From positions 65,296 through 129,295 of IMG/VR virus record IMGVR_UViG_3300035698_031678: DNA of 64,000 nucleotides; one strand, 5' to 3'. Origin of the DNA: a virus. The position numbers and the translations under genes are program-made. Below the pieces are notes generated by a model, which made no database searches, had not been told where the DNA came from, and was given only the letters and a program-made list of their open reading frames with translations. This document shows positions 62,685-64,000 of the stretch, piece by piece (within the stretch, counting starts at the first letter, position 1; each line of letters opens with the position of its first letter).

Positions 62685-62704
62685 ATAAATAATCCAAAGT
62701 AAAG

Positions 62705-63643
62705 ATGAATGTCAAAGTAGTAACACAGAAATTGATCTCCTTAGGTTTTAAAGATGTTAAAAGTTTTGAAAAAGATGGTGGAATAATGTTTACTGGTAGA
62801 AATCCTAAAAGCCTTTCTATCAATGATAATTTTATAGAACTCAACACTAGAGAAGGTAAAATTGATGGAAAAGACGTTGTAATTAATATGTCCGAATCTA
62901 AAGTTCAACTTACAAGAATACAACTATACGAACTATCTCCTCACCCAGAGTTGATTAAAGAAGGTATGAGGGTAACCATAGACCACAAGTCGTTTGGTGA
63001 AATATCTGTCATAGTTACTAAGTTGAAGAGATATGATTCTTCTAATGCTTTAGATGGAATATATTGGAAATCTACTAAAAAAGGTATAATGGGGTTTGCT
63101 TCTTTTGACTCTATTAAAAGGTATTACAATCCAAGTAGCTCTGGTCAAGGTAAAGACCCGAAAAGTTGGGATAACCATGCCGATAGAGCAAGGTTGGGAT
63201 ATGTAAACGAGTCTAAAACTTTTGAAAAATTCACACACATTAGTAATATAGATAAGGTTAATAAGAACACAGCGTTTATAACTGACAAAGATGGTGTTAG
63301 ACTTCACAAAACTCCCATAACTATGGAAGATGCTAGGTTTGTGATTGACGAAGCTAGAACTGGAAATACTGGCATGCTAAAAGAGGTGCTAAATGAATCT
63401 AAAGTTCAACATAAAGCTGGCAGCACTGTTATAGATGTTGAAAAAAATAGCGATAATAACTTTACAGTAACAGTAAATGATGATGAGGATCAAAAATTCA
63501 CATTTGGTAGTTTTATTGAAATGAACAAGTTTTTTATTAGCGCCAGTGATCCTGAAAACAACAATATTAACAGTCAAGTTAGGAGAGAGCTTTGGAACGC
63601 TTATAATACAGGACTAGACTTCAAGATTAACGAATTAAGATAA
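62705..63643 (+). CDS. putative head-internal polyprotein
   Basis: MSESK, VNESK and LNESK motifs separate four segments; TAAATA upstream. Confidence 0.55.
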   Translation: MNVKVVTQKLISLGFKDVKSFEKDGGIMFTGRNPKSLSINDNFIELNTREGKIDGKDVVINMSESKVQLTRIQLYELSPHPELIKEGMRVTIDHKSFGEISVIVTKLKRYDSSNALDGIYWKSTKKGIMGFASFDSIKRYYNPSSSGQGKDPKSWDNHADRARLGYVNESKTFEKFTHISNIDKVNKNTAFITDKDGVRLHKTPITMEDARFVIDEARTGNTGMLKEVLNESKVQHKAGSTVIDVEKNSDNNFTVTVNDDEDQKFTFGSFIEMNKFFISASDPENNNINSQVRRELWNAYNTGLDFKINELR

Positions 63644-63648
63644 TAATT

Positions 63649-63795
63649 ATGTCAAAGTTAGAAAATTTATCAGAAGGAAAAAGTAGAGACCCATTAGGAA
63701 TGGTTGCATGCCCAAAATGTTCTGGTGATGGTTGCAGTTCTTGCGCCCATACAGGAAAAATCACTAAAACTAAACTTAAGAGGTTAAATAGTTAA
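63649..63795 (+). CDS. small DnaJ-type Zn-finger peptide (48 aa, absent from the ORF track)
   Basis: MSKLENLSEGK...CPKCSGDGCSSCAHTGK. Confidence 0.55.
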   Translation: MSKLENLSEGKSRDPLGMVACPKCSGDGCSSCAHTGKITKTKLKRLNS

Positions 63796-63797
63796 AA

Positions 63798-64000
63798 ATG
63801 CTAAAACTTTTAGAATCAAAAAATGTTGTAATAAAGAGAAGGCATACAGATGTTCACCCTTCCGTTAAAATAAAGCCTGATGCTGTGTTAAGAAACAAAA
63901 TAGTTTCTTATTTTAGTGAAAAGCAATACAATAGAGATTCTACCTCAAATTTTTTAACATTCCTAAAATCTATTGATGATGATAAAGACCTTAAAGGAAA
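63798..64000 (+). CDS. partial CDS running off the window end
   Basis: MLKLLESKNVVIKRRH... open to the window end. Confidence 0.55.
   Translation, partial: MLKLLESKNVVIKRRHTDVHPSVKIKPDAVLRNKIVSYFSEKQYNRDSTSNFLTFLKSIDDDKDLKG

Noticed and set aside
1-64000. Genome-wide stop-codon reassignment (TGA or TAG)
   Set aside because: Long genes are intact in code 11, and both TAG and TGA end well-defined genes; only one in-frame TGA (ligase) was seen
1-64000. tRNA or rRNA genes
   Set aside because: No cloverleaf or GC-rich structured RNA recognised in the few intergenic gaps; a tRNAscan-SE run would be needed to exclude them

Overview
This AT-rich window (roughly 30% GC by eye) comes from a large T4-like myovirus, probably a jumbo phage. 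The host is probably Bacteroidota/Flavobacteriia, an inference from the A-rich translation starts without Shine-Dalgarno sites and the gene content. Structural genes are scattered: gp23 capsid, gp21 prohead protease, gp20 portal, gp19 tube, gp2, gp5-N, gp25, gp26/gp51 and gp53-like. It also carries nrdB-nrdA, an NAD-dependent ligase, two helicases, a RuvC-like resolvase, a sigma factor, lysis and adhesin modules, and the auxiliary genes ACP, purB and two HD hydrolases. Three signals stand out. (1) A 1964-aa prohead protease-cargo-scaffold polyprotein is punctuated by about 20 [LMVI]NE motifs resembling gp21 cleavage sites. One module is tandemly duplicated between such motifs, and the same motifs occur in a portal insertion and in other ORFs. 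(2) A ~150-bp non-coding element with GTCATA/TGACGTCA boxes occurs twice in inverted orientation (18.1 kb and 43.9 kb). (3) The ligase BRCT domain is separated from the catalytic part by a single in-frame TGA. I recognised no rRNA, tRNA or CRISPR array. All product calls come from motif recognition without database searches.
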